Notes: generated from the letters alone by a model not told the origin. 64,000 bases of DNA from Centroscyllium fabricii (GCA_051313645.2 JBNRSN020000025.1:24738001-24802000); one strand, 5' to 3'; counted from the first letter of the stretch, positions 10,559 through 22,635 are shown. Translations and numbers: made by a program.

Positions 10559-11701
10559 GGGGATAGAGTTTCCACTAGGTTAGAGCAATTTGCCCAAAAT
10601 TGGCCAAGGCAGCATAAAAGATGGAGGAATTTCAAGCGCAAGCTACGTCCAGTGCAAATCACGTTTCCGCAATCTTTTACGCTGGTTTAAAAAACATCGA
10701 GCTGGAAGCCAGCTCTGCCCACAAAACTGGCCACCCTCCCAGATCGATTGGGCGGCACGGTGGCACAGTGGTTAGCACTGTTGCCTTACAGCACTGGAGA
10801 CCCGGGTTCAAATCCAGCCTCGGGTACTATCTGTGTGGAGTTTGCACATTCTCCCCGTGTCTGCGTGGGTTTCCTCCGGGTGCTCCGGTTTCCTCCCACA
10901 GTCCAAAGATGTGCGGGTTAGGTTGATTGGCCAGGATAAAGTGACCCTTAGTGTTAGGGGATTGAATATGTGGGGTTACGGGGATAGGGTGGGATATGTG
11001 CCGGTGTAGGCTTGAGAGGGATATGGGGACGGGGCAGGGGCGGGGTACTGGGTTTGGATGATCAGCCATGATCTCATTGAATGGCGGAGCAGGCTCGAAG
11101 GGCCGAATGGCCTACTCCTGCTCCTATCTTCTATGTTTCTATGTTTCTATGATTTAATGAGCATGCCTCATTTCTGCCAATTGCGTCTGTTTGCAGTCCT
11201 TCGAGGAGGCACTTCAAATTAAGCCTTTTTTTGGCGCAAAAGCACCAGTAGGCAACTTTTTAAAGTTTTTAAATATTAAAAAGTATTTAATTTACTAAGA
11301 AACTGACTAGTGTACACCAATAAAACTAATAAATAGTTCGGTATAGATTTTTAAAGTCATTTTCAATTATTTAAAATCAGGTTATTCACAGGTGGTGGAC
11401 TCTACACTATTATTTAAAATGCTTAGTTTTTGTGATTAAACACAATTTTAGCTGTATTAATAAAACTGCACAGGTTACCATTCTTAAATACATCAAGGAA
11501 TATTTTTTAATGCAAGGGAATAAAATAAACAATTACATTCTAAAACAATGCCCGATTGCGATTGTTCCTGGCAGATTTTAAGTTTGTGATTATGCAAATA
11601 AGTTTGAGCAGAAAATTGACCCATAACTTCACTTTGGAAAATCAGTGCAATTTTGAGCACAATTTGCAGCCAGATTGCACCCAAAGCAGAGACTCTACCC
11701 C
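10559..11701. mobile_element. MITE-like DNA transposon (Harbinger-like ends) interrupted by a SINE
   Basis: Imperfect TIRs ggggatagagtttc / gagactctacccc, with subterminal inverted similarity. Confidence 0.5.
10750..11150 (+). mobile_element. tRNA-derived V-SINE (HE1-like) with CR1 3' tail
   Basis: A box tggcacagtgg, B box ggttcaaatcc, V-domain tctccccgtgtctgcgtgggtttcctccgggtgctccggtttcctccca, (tctatgtt)n tail. Near-identical copies at 60108 and 61374. Confidence 0.92.
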
Positions 11702-12489
11702 AGATAGTTTATTTCAATCTTTAGATCGGTAGGTCAGTAAGTTGGTGAACGTCGTGCCAACTGAAACAGCACACACGTTTTTCATTCAATACTTTATGTT
11801 CTTTATAATGATGTACTACCACATAATATTCTTCAGGTGGGAAAGAAATTAATACTGGAGTAACAGTCAAACTTCACTGTGGGATATTATGTTGTTATTT
11901 ATTCCACAAAGTAATATGCACTGTATCACCATGCAATAGTTTTTATTCTCTTAGACCTGGGCACTGTACTTGGGTCCAACAAAGATTCTTGATTGCACCC
12001 TAGTTTCTGGTGTGCTCAGCCCTCTCCTTGCATTTATTTAATCAAACCCACATTAAAAGGCACCTTTGTAAGTCTCTTTATGTCCAGTACTGGTGGCAGT
12101 TATCACTTTGCTTTATTATCTAATAACCTGCTGACATGGGATCAATGTACTGTGTCAATTTTAAAGTAGGAACTTCCTACAGTTTTTTCTTACAATTTTT
12201 GTCCCCTCTCCTGAAGGTGTTGACTCTTGCTGGAGTACGGTTCCATGGACACTGTCTACCATCCAGTACCTTCCCTTACCGAATTGGCCTGCTTCACTCA
12301 TGGCAAAGGCATCCTAAAACAGGTGGTAGGCCACTCATTAACATATGCAAGGATTCTAACGCCTGTTTTACGCAACCACGCAGAGACGTCTAAAAAAATC
12401 ACCCAACCCAATATGGGATCAGATGTAGTCCAAGCATCCTTGGAGTGCAGGACATAGCACCGTGAAATTAGACCAATTTATACCTCATT

Positions 12490-12944
12490 GTTACATAGAG
12501 TTACATAGCCTACAGCACAGGAACAGGTCATTTGGCCCAACTGGTCTATGTTGGCGTTTATGCTCCACACAAGCTTCTTCCCACCCCACTTCATCTAACC
12601 CTATCAGCCTATCCTTCTATTCCTTTCTCCATCATGTGCTTATCCAGCTTCCCCTTAAATGTATCTATGCTATTCACCTCAACTACTCCGTGTGGTAGCG
12701 GGTTCCACATTCTTACCACTCTTTGTGTAAAGAAGTTTCTTCTGCATTCCCTATTGACAATCTTATATTTCTGACCTCGAGTTTTGGACTCCCCACAAGT
12801 GGAAACATTTTCTCTAAGTTTACCCTATCAATCCCTCTCATAATCTTAAAGACCTTTATCAGGTCACCCCTCAGCCTTCTCTTTTCTAGAGAAAAGAGCC
12901 CCAGTCTGTTCAGCTTTTCCTGGTAAATATATCCTCTCAGTTCT
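12490..12944 (-). mobile_element. CR1 LINE 3' fragment (host of the palindrome)
   Basis: Reverse-complement CR1 ORF2 end (atcaggtcacccctcagccttctcttttc) and tail. Confidence 0.8.
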
Positions 12945-13378
12945 TTTTTTTTTTCATTGATGGGATGTGGGCGTCGCTGGCTGGCTAGACCTGCATTTAG
13001 TGCCCATCCCTAATTGCCCTCGAGAAGATGGTGGTGAGCCACCTTCTTGAACCGCTGCAGTCCATATGGTGTAGGTACACCCACAATGTTGTTAGGAAGG
13101 GAGTTCCAGGATTTTGGCCCGGAACTCCCTTCTTAACAACATTGTGGGTGTACCTACACCATATGGACTGCAGCGGTTCAAGAAGGTAGCTCACCACCAT
13201 CTTCTCGAGGGCAATTAGGGATGGGCACTAAATGCAGGCCTAGCCAGCCAGCGACGCCCACATCCCATCAATGAATTAAAAAAAATTTTTAAAAATGAGA
13301 GGATATATTTACCAGGAAAAGCTGAACAGACTGGGGCTCTTTTCTCTAGAAAAGAGAAGGCTGAGGGGTGACCTGATA
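12857..13378. repeat. ~520-bp near-perfect palindrome (LINE 3' end plus duplicated host flank)
   Basis: Arms 12857-13107 and 13121-13378 with a 13-nt spacer. The inner part matches the LINE 3' end at ~50250-50400. Confidence 0.92.
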
Positions 13379-13995
13379 TCATCATTGTCTATTACTTGGC
13401 CCAACCTAATGTGGATAGGTCTGAATGCTTAGAATTAGTCTTAATTTTGGTTTTTTTTCTTTATCTGCTTCAGAAACAAAAGCATAATTATAAAAAGCAA
13501 AGTTAATTCATTGTCACTCACTATGCATTTTCATTTCACATACTGCAACTCCCATGCGCTCTGTGCTGCTGCAGTAATGATGCCATCTGCTGTCTTTCTG
13601 GGGCCAGGGATCGCTGTGGGAACTTGGTAAACCAATGTCTTTCAATAATGGTCAAGTTAATATATGAAACCCCTCTGCTTCTCTGGATTAGTTGGTGAGT
13701 TGAGAATGAGGATGAGAATCCCAGATCACTACAGCTTAAATTATTGAGTTCCTTTTTTCTTCTGAAGGTGCTGCCCTATGCACGTTCCAGATGTTGTCAA
13801 TCTGCATCTTGGCTCAGCTGTTCCAGGACCTCAAAAAGCCGATTACCACCTTTCCCATGACAAAATGGTGGCCAGGATTACACCTGAGATAGCTCTAACT
13901 CCCCAGAGTAGAAGGTGGACTGAATCTCCCAAATTTTGTGTTACAACTTGGCAGCCCAACTCACTGCCTAGAACAGGCCTCCACCTAAAGACTCT

Positions 13996-14990
13996 GGGCT
14001 AAAAATTCAGTTGGTTGCGCCACCCGTTAGCACCCTCAGAGGGCGTGAATGGGGGTGCAAAGCAACTAGTGTCTGGGTGCGGTGCGTTTAGCGCCATTCG
14101 GCAAATTGACTGGGCGCTCGGCGGCGGCGCTAAACATTAGCGCCACAAACTCCTGCGCCGGTAGATTGTGATGTCATTCGAGTGCGCAACGCCCCGGTAG
14201 CACCCCGGATCCGATATTGAATGGCGCCCCCTGCCTTACTGCCTGCCGCTAGCAACGATAGGTTGAGGGGAGCGTTCTGCAGTCAGAAAGGGACTGGGGG
14301 AGCGCTATTTAAAGGTGACTGCTTCCTGCCTTTTTTGTTGGTGACATTTTTGCACCACGCATTCTGAGAGAGAGAGACTTCTGGAGAGATTCAACGCTGT
14401 GTGAAGGAGTTTTGGGTACTGAGCAGTAATTTGCAGGTTCATTTTGATTTGCCCTTCCTTGTATCGGTTTAGAACAGAATGTGGGGGCTGCACTCTCAGC
14501 TCTTTCCCTGGGTTTTTCCATTGTTCTTCCCAGCAGATTTGATGCACCTGTCTCTCCAGGCCGAGATTCAAGGCTGCAATGAGCAGGATGTGGATGGAGA
14601 GCAACATCAACCCTCCCCTTTAGGATAAAAACAGAAAATGCAGGAGAAACTCAGCAGGTCAAGCAGCATCTGTGAAGAGAGAAACAGAATTAACGTTTTA
14701 GGTCAATGACCATTCGTCAGAACTCTCCTTTAAGAATTGGATGTTGCCAGTGTGTCTGTTGCATTGCTGACTGACATCACATGAGCTTTGCTAGCGCTCT
14801 GAGGTAACGCCTCGCTCCTCGGCCTTTGTGCCTTAAGAGAGGTGTGTAGCGCCTGATTTAGCGCTCTAATCACCTCCAGGAGCATTAAAACCCAAGTTTG
14901 CTGTTGGTGGCGCTAATTTGCGCCAGGTGCTAAATTTAGCGCTGCGCCGACTATAGCGCCCCAAATGTGGCAATACCGAAATTTTCCCCC
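13996..14990. mobile_element. CpG-rich PIF/Harbinger-like MITE
   Basis: Ends gggctaaaaattc / gaaattttccccc, 3-bp TSD tct on both sides, many subterminal (t)tagcgcc / ggcgcta repeats. Confidence 0.65.
14625..14725 (-). mobile_element. Penelope pseudo-LTR fragment inside the MITE
   Basis: aaaaacagaaaatgc...actcagcaggtcaagcagcatctgtg...gtcaatgaccattcgtcagaact. Same family as the 57552-60075 termini. Confidence 0.75.
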
Positions 14991-16145
14991 TCTGACTAAA
15001 CATGGAGGCAAGTACCACCCTCTCACAATCCCTCATAAATAATCAATGGGTGCACAATTCACCCAATCATATCCCTGACCATGGCCATCTAGAAGGAAAC
15101 CTGTACCATTACAAAAGGTCGACCTTCTGCCCACCATGGCAAGGCAACAACCTACTGTAGGATCTCTGTGCCAGTGACTTCAAGATGTGGCATGCGATGG
15201 AAATCATTGGTTGGACAAACTGGTCCGGCAGGGCTGGAACATAGCCTTCTAGCAACTGGCTGATAAATTTCACATTACCCAAAAAGCCTACTTTACCAAC
15301 TCCGGGGCTGCTATTTCATCCAGAAACCCCACTGTGATCTGTTAAATCCAATTCAAACCAACCACATTTGAGGTGACCATCTACAACACAGAGCCATCCA
15401 ATGGGTGAACCTCAGTCTTCTACTCACCTCTGCATCTGACAGCACAAAAAAAAAGATGTGGCCTCTGGGAGTGTAACTTTAGACATCCGCTCTCAGGAAG
15501 ATGGGAAGGAGATGCTGAGACTGGTTCTCATGTACCTCTATATGTAGCAGAGTGACAGAGGGCTATCTCAGAATCTTAAGAAGCAATGACAGGCCTGACC
15601 AACCCTCTGATCCCGAGCCTATGCATACTGTATCTACTATCAGCAGGGCAAGGAATCCAAACCACTTATAAGCTTGCACAGATCTTGCTCTGGCAACAAG
15701 TAGATGTATCCTTTGTTGTAGTGCAATTCAGCACCCCCTACAACAAACATATATGAGGCATCTGCCATTTGGAGTGAGTACTGTACAGGTCATGCATAGC
15801 ACTGGAGAAACACCAGGACCCTTCCTATGGGCCAGTCTCGCACCGACCCAAGCCCTCACAATTTGACTAGCCCCAGGGCTACCTACTGAGGAGACAATCT
15901 CCACAATGCCAACAAGGATCTGTTACTTTTGAAACCTATTGCAGCACCTCATACCCCACTGTGCAAGCTTCCAGCACCCCATGACCATGGAGGACTTCAG
16001 CCATGTCACCACGCAACCCTTGTCCTAATGTATATAACTGTAAAACTATGGCCGTCATTGCATTTACTTGCAAATATGTGAAATGTGCACTCTAGCATGT
16101 ATTCTGTATAAAACTACATCCGAAGCATGCAGTGCTTTTATAAAA

Positions 16146-16230
16146 TAGAATCATAGAATGGTTACAGCACAGAAGGAGGCCATTCGGCTCGTGGAGTCTG
16201 TGCTGGCTCTCTGCAAGCGCACCTCAGCTT
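16146..16230 (-). mobile_element. CR1 3' tail fragment
   Basis: tagaatcatagaatggttacagcacagaaggaggccattcggc. Confidence 0.7.
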
Positions 16231-16907
16231 CATTAAAGACAGTTCTCTCTTCCAATTTCACATGATGCTGTCTGTGATTTACAATAGTAACTGATTAGGT
16301 AATGATGGATTGAGGTGATGCATCCCTGCATATGGTAGATAGGTTATTATAGTGGGGCCTTCATATCACCCAATTTTGTTCGCCACAATTCTGAGGCTAT
16401 GACATTTCAAAACCAAAATGGAAAAGATAAAATTAGAACTGCAAATGAAAAGAATTGTGCAAAAAAGATAAAAGTATTGCAAGAAAAGGGAACAAGAGAA
16501 TAAGAACGGTGTAGAAATGTTGCAAAGATAAGTGAGAAAGGATTAAAAGATTATATCGTCAGATGGCAGTACATTCGAAGGGGTTAATGACAGGTTCAGT
16601 CATACCTGGGCTAGTTAAGCAAAAGATTAGACATATTTGAAGATTAAATTTAGGCTTGTTTTGGTTTTTGAAAATCTAAAACAGGCTGTATTATGACATG
16701 AAAAAGGTTTAATTAGCTAAACGAGCTTTAGGGATTTGGAATTTCATGATATGTTATAAACTAGGGTAAGTGGCGTTTGGTTAGCACAGCAAGAGGTTTC
16801 CAGATCTGAAAGGTGCAGGACCGTAGATATGGCTAAAGCTTTGTTGAAGCCGAGGATTTGTTCAGTCACTAAAAACCCTGGTAAAGGTAACAATGAACTG
16901 CTACTGT

Positions 16908-17271
16908 AACAATAGCAAAATACTGCAGATGCTGGAAATCTGAAATAACAACAGAAAATGCTGGAACAATTCAGCAGGCCAGGCAGCATCGGTGGAGAGA
17001 AATCTACAGCTGTCTCCTGTCCACAGCCCCTCCCCGCCCCCAGCCCGCCCCACCAGCATCTCGTCTCATTTCGAATACCTCTCACAGTTTTGGGGGGGGG
17101 GGGGGTTCTCTTTGTGCTGTCTTCTCTTTGTTCCCTCCCACCTCCCCCCGCCTTCCTGCTTGTGTTTCATTTCCTTGCTTTAGTTTTGATAAAGGGTCCC
17201 AACCCGAAATGTCGACTCTATATTTCTCTCCACCAATGCTGCCTGGCCTGCTGAGTTTTTCCAGCATTTTC
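16908..17271. mobile_element. Penelope-derived inverted unit
   Basis: Inverted arms (aaaatgctgg...ggtggagagaaat / atttctctccacc...ccagcatttt). 12-bp TSD aactgctactgt at 16896-16907 and 17272-17283. Decayed hammerhead ttgataaagggtcccaacccgaaa. Confidence 0.8.
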
Positions 17272-17289
17272 AACTGCTACTGTGAGTTA

Positions 17290-17880
17290 TTCCTACTCAG
17301 TTTTTTTTATCCTGCCCCCATTTCTCTGATGTAGCTCATTTTTGGTATTCTATGAATCCAGGCAGCCTTCCCATACCTTATCCAAGCAGCCAATCTTCAT
17401 GTGTGAGCCTTGACAGTGAATGAACATAAGAACATAAGAAATAGGAGCAGGAGTAGGCCAATCGGCCCCTCGAGCCTGCTCCGCCATTCAACAAGATCAT
17501 GGCTGATCTGATCCTAACCTCAATTTTATTTTAACTCTCCACCCCGCCCAAACCCATGTGATCACCTGGGAGAAGCGAAAAACCAGATTAAAAACCCAGT
17601 AGCCAATTTGGGAGAAAAAATCTGGGAAATTCCTCTCCGACCCATCTAGGCGATCGAAAACTGGTCCAGGAGATCACATGGTCGATCTGAACCTAGCCTC
17701 ACGTCCACTTACCTGCCCGCTCACCATAACCCCTAATTCCCTTAATGTCAGCGTGCTATTCAACTGTGAGGGAAATCACAGCCCATCCAAGACCAGGAAG
17801 TAAACCTAGGACCTTCCTGTTCTCTATGATTCAGTAATGCACTACACAGTGCATTTCTCATTGACCCTTCAGGGAAACCT
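17290..17880 (-). mobile_element. LF-SINE-like copy split by a CR1 3' UTR
   Basis: ccaatcttcatgtgtgagccttgacagtgaat|gtcagcgtgctattcaactgtgagggaaatcacagccc. Reverse-complement homolog of 55836-56155. Confidence 0.55.
17422..17745 (-). mobile_element. CR1 extended 3' UTR fragment
   Basis: Reverse-complement homolog of 8450-8850, with a (gaacataa)n tail. Confidence 0.85.
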
Positions 17881-18351
17881 GCTGCTTCAATGCACAATTG
17901 ATTTTCTCTCTTTGTTTTTATTTTGATTTATTTTTACCTGTCTGAGAACACACAACGCATGTCTCCACAGGAAAGAGATAAAGTAAAAAGCAAGTAAAGG
18001 GCTGGCCACTGTCCTGCTACTACTGACTGATTACAGAGCCACGATGGCAAATGACTGGCAGCACGACTGCCCCCTTGACTTCAGTCTGGGAATGGTGCTT
18101 GATCTAGAAGCATGGGGGTGGGGTGGAGGATAAAATACCCCCAAAAATGGGAAATTAATGTGGAAATGAAAATAAATCTAAAATGTATCTATGCAGTAGT
18201 GCAAAAAAGAAACAGCCTATGTCAATAACTGGCAAAGTGGGCATGCCACTGGACAAAGGCATTCAATCTCTGCCAATGACTGAAGTAATGGTCATGGCCT
18301 AGTGCCAATGATGGGATAAATGGGCATGGATTCACTGCCAATGACCGGAGA

Positions 18352-18722
18352 AATACAGAAACACAGAAGATAGGGAGTAGGCCATTCGGCCCTTCGAGCC
18401 TGCTCCGCCATTTTGATGAGATCATGGCTGATCATCCAAACCCAGCACCCCCCTCCTACCCTCTCCCCATAGCCCCCGACACCCCCAACTCTAAGAACTA
18501 TATCTCACACACATACTCATGGACAATTTTTAGCATCTCCAATTCACCTAACCTGCATGTCTTTGGGTGGTGGGAGGAAACCGGAGTACCCGGAGGAAAC
18601 CCACACGAACACGGGGAGAACTTGCAAACTCCACGCAGAGAGGTCCCGGGCCAAGCAGGATTCAAACCCAGGAACTCCTTATTGTGAGGCAGCAGTGCTA
18701 ACCACTGCACCACCGTGTTGTC
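18352..18722 (-). mobile_element. V-SINE, diverged subfamily
   Basis: tgggaggaaaccggagtacccggaggaaacccac, ggattcaaaccc B box, CR1 tail. Confidence 0.88.
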
Positions 18723-18805
18723 CAATAGGCATGGATTCACTACCCAATGACCAGAGAAATGGACATGGATTCACTGCCAATGATCGGAGAAATGGGCATG
18801 GATTA

Positions 18806-19293
18806 TAGAACATAGAACATGCAGCACTGTACAGGCCCTTGGGCCCTCAATGTAGTGCCGCGCTTAGTCCGTCTCTGATTTTTCCTGTCCCCCCTACTCT
18901 TCCTTCCCCTCCATGTACCTATCTATCATCCTTTTAAAAGCTCCCAGACTGTCCACATCCACTATTTCAGATGGTAGCCTATTCCACTCCCCGACCACTC
19001 TCTGTGTAAAGAACTTGCCCCTGCCATCCCTTCTGACTCTTCCTCCTTGAATCTTGTGCTCGTGCCCTCTTGTTGTCGTTCTTCCCACCCGGGGAAACAG
19101 TCTCTGCACGTTTACTCTATCGATCCCCTTCATCATCTTAAACATCTCTATTAAGTCCCCCCTCTTCCTTCTCCGCTCCAGGGAGAAGAGTCCCAGCTCC
19201 CTCAACCTCTCCTCGAACGACTTTCCCCCCATTCCCGGCAGCATCCTGGTGAATCTCCTCTGTACCCTCTCCAACGCCTCCACATCCCTCCTG
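18806..19293 (-). mobile_element. Young 5'-truncated CR1 LINE
   Basis: Open frame RRDVEALERVQRRFTRMLPG...LFSLERRRKRGDLIEMFK...FFTQRVVGEWNRLP, with a (tagaaca)n tail. Confidence 0.92.
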
Positions 19294-22200
19294 ACAATGA
19301 CTGGAGAAATGGGCATGGATTCACTGCCAATGATCGGAGAAATGGGCATGGATTCACTGCCCAATGACTGGAGAGAGGGAAGTGGACCCCTGCCAATGAC
19401 TGGATCAACAGAACTACATGATTTGATAAGCAGAAAAGATGAGGTGGAAAAGCCTGTGCAAGAGACAGTCGGACATACCACACCAGAGGTCTTAGGAGTG
19501 AAATGTAGAGGAGCTCAGACAGACTCTACCACCCTGGTCTTGCCAGCTGCAGGATCTAACGTTTGGAACGTGATACCGATTAGAAGTAAAGAATATCCAT
19601 TTCAGCAGCGTGTGATTGGGCCAGTCACCGTAACCATGGAAGTTACTATAAGAAATAGGATAATAGGTAAAGAATGTGAAGAAACTGCAGAGACTCCCCT
19701 CGCCTTCGTTAGAAAAGGTTGATTCTGCACCGCGATGGAGGCAATTAAGGACAATCTAGCGAAGAGCCAGGAAATGAACACCGGAGGGCTTCACACCCCA
19801 GCGGGTTTAAACGCACTAATTCCACAGTCTCAAGCCATGTACACTCTGCAAAGGGCAAATAAAAAAAGAAACGCATTTCTAAAATAAACAGGAAACTTCC
19901 CAAACTTGTCCAGTGCAAAAGAGAGCGAAAAAACCAATTCCATACGTTTTCCATCTCAATGATTCTGTTTGTGATCTTTCTGTAAAGGGAAAATTTCGAC
20001 CACGACCTTTATGCAACAGAATTGAATATAGAATTTGTTCTAGATGTGTTAAACCCAACAGAATAATTCGTATTTTTGCACTGAAAAACATTCCAGAAAA
20101 AAAATCTCATTCATTACCTTAAATATTTAAATATTAATCGCACTCCTAGCTTTTTTTAAGTAGCTAGGATTAAACTCCAATGTAGTATTGTTCGGACGAT
20201 GGAACATCAATATCACATGCTAGTCTAAAATAACTCGGAAATTACCTTTTCTTGGGATCATATTTTTAAGGAGGTATAAAAATATCAACTAAAAATGTAA
20301 TATATTCTTCAAAAAATAGTCCCTTGGAACACAAGTCCATTGGCGAATTATGTTGAGTGTTAAATAATCTGAATTGTATAGGTAGAATAAACAATGAAAA
20401 CATTTGTGTCCGAAGTTCTGTAACTTAACTGGCGCAAATACCTACCCAAAGATGCCAGTTAACCCACATTAGTTTGCTTAATAGTGTTGACTAGATGTTA
20501 CGGAATAATTTTGTGTCATACATCAAAAAAGAATGCAAGCAGGGTAGAGCTGAGAGATTGCAACTTCTGTTAGTCTAATGTTTGTAAATCCTAACCATAT
20601 AAACACAAACATCCAATAAATAGCCTTCATGGCAGTGTTATTTCCCAGAGTAAATCAATACCTACTTACACTGAACTTTTAAATTAGATAATACATTTCT
20701 ACTCATTCTACATTAAAATATTTGTACCGCTACATCTTTAAATTCGTGCTCAGCGTTATGGTAAATCTGAGTAAATTATTATTGGAGACGAAATCGAATT
20801 ACATTTTTCTGATAGAGCAGAGATTTGGAATTTGTGATAATAAAAGGTGCAGTTTTGGAGTGTAGGATCGGTACTCGATTTTAACACGCCATGTTAGTTC
20901 AAACTGACTGAAAATATCATTGTGTATATATTCTGCATAGACTGTGTGTGGGGGGTGCTTCTGGCAGGGTGAAGTTCACTTTGAAACAGTCCAATCCTGT
21001 TTACTGTTAGATCAGAGTGGAAATGATTTATTTTAGCAGAATTAAGTCTTTAATACCACCCCCCCCCCACCCCGCCCCACAACCAAAAGTGGATATGTTT
21101 AATTTGAATCCACGTTTGCAAACTTTGAGTGACAGTGTTCACAGGCTGTCAGATCCGCGTTGGTCAAAGTTCGATCTTTGTGTTGTTTCAATCGCTGTGC
21201 AATTTATTTTTTAGTTGCTGCTGTTGATTTCATGCCAGTTACGGAATCCAAGTTTAATAAACGATGGGGGTGGGGAGGGGGGACCCTGTAAAATTAATCA
21301 AAACGACTGGGAATGAAAAGGTTCTAATTCTGTGAAGGAACTCCGTGATGTCTTCCAATCTGTCCCTCCTCAAAGATTAATCGACTAAGGAGATGGGGGA
21401 GAAACATTTTTAAATTATTTAATCTGCAACTAACTACATTCGTGTATTTCCTGCTATACTGAAAGAATTTAAACTTACCCCCTGGAATCTCGGGTCCTCT
21501 GCATTACCAGAAGTTGATTGTACCTTGCTGGCTGGATCCTTTATTGTCTTTGAAAGCGTTATCCTTGTTTTCTCGTTTGTCTCTTTTGGCAGGTGATTGT
21601 TGTTGGAATGTAACCATTTTTTCTTAAGGTCGCCACGAATTGAAATTAATTGGTTTTATATTAAAGGATTGAGCTTTTAAAGTATGAATGTTTCTCTTAT
21701 GCAATCCTTGGACTCTATCAATTTGGATATGAATCTACTGCTAAGGGGCGTGTTTGGTTTGATGCCCATTACATTCTCAAGCACCGGATCAAACGATATT
21801 TCAAACAAGCATATGGTTCATATAAATCTTTGTTTCTGTGAACACTTTCATTGCTCACCGACTGATAAGTCTGATTAATGTAGAAATTAAAACCGAGATG
21901 ATTTTACCTTTTGCAAAATGGACATTGCCAATGGGCGAGTATCTCATCAACATATCTCCTGCCTGTCAGAAGTGATCCCGTGTTAGTGCATAACGCTCAA
22001 AGGGTTTCTAAATATGGGTGTAGGTGAGGGATCCGATCAGCCGTTTGGCAAGCGCGGTTTGCCACAGATTTATTTACAAAACATATAATGTATTCAAATA
22101 ATTTTACCCCAAGTTATTTCAATTTGAAGAGCAGGACCTAGAAACTCCTGTCGTAACTCTAAACCCTCAACCTGGTGTTACCATTCCCAGTTGTATTAGT

Positions 22201-22325
22201 TTTTCTCAACCAGTACTTACTTCCACGAGACAAAAATATTTAGATAAATCACTGCGGCGGCGTTGAAATGCTGCGATGGTTACAGTGTTGTGGGAAATAA
22301 TTGTTACACTCACAATATACAACTG

Positions 22326-22635
22326 TAATGTGGAGGTGCCGGTGTTGGACTGGAGTGGACAAATGCAAGAAGTCACACAACACCAGATTATAGTCCAACA
22401 GTTTTATTTTAAATCACAAGCTTTCGGAGCTTCTGGCCCTTCGTCAGGTGAAAGAGAGACTGACTTAAAGAACGCACATGTGTGATGAAGTGATATCAGA
22501 TTTCTCTCTTCATCACACATGTGCGTTCTTTAAGTCAGTCTCTCTTTCACCTGACGAAGGGGCAGAAGCTCCGAAAGCTTGTGATTTAAAATAAAACTGT
22601 TGGACTATAATCTGGTGTTGTGTGACTTCTTGCAT
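22326..22635. mobile_element. Penelope-derived inverted (hairpin) unit with hammerhead motifs
   Basis: Near-perfect arms ~22363-22490 and ~22508-22635. 11-bp TSD atatacaactg at 22315-22325 and 22636-22646. Confidence 0.88.
22547..22584 (+). ncRNA. Minimal hammerhead ribozyme motif (Penelope type)
   Basis: TCAC-CTGACGA-A-GGGGC/AGAA/GCTCC-GAAA-GCTT-GTGA. Confidence 0.7.

Larger units (their letters stand above)
18235..19405. repeat. Degenerate 33-bp minisatellite (gaaatgggcatggattcactgccaatgatcgga) interrupted by a SINE and a CR1
   Basis: Units at ~18235-18352, 18723-18805 and 19294-19405. Confidence 0.8.

Noticed and set aside
10750-10830. tRNA gene (also at 60108 and 61374)
   Set aside because: These are tRNA-derived SINE heads followed by a V-domain and CR1 tail.
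13578-13596. CTCF-like sites (also ~1147, ~16557, ~29141)
   Set aside because: Partial motif matches that cannot be told from chance without ChIP or conservation data.
18235-19405. CRISPR-like array
   Set aside because: Head-to-tail minisatellite without unique spacers, in eukaryotic DNA.
19054-19722. 222-aa plus-strand ORF
   Set aside because: Chimera of antisense CR1, the 33-bp minisatellite and flanking DNA.
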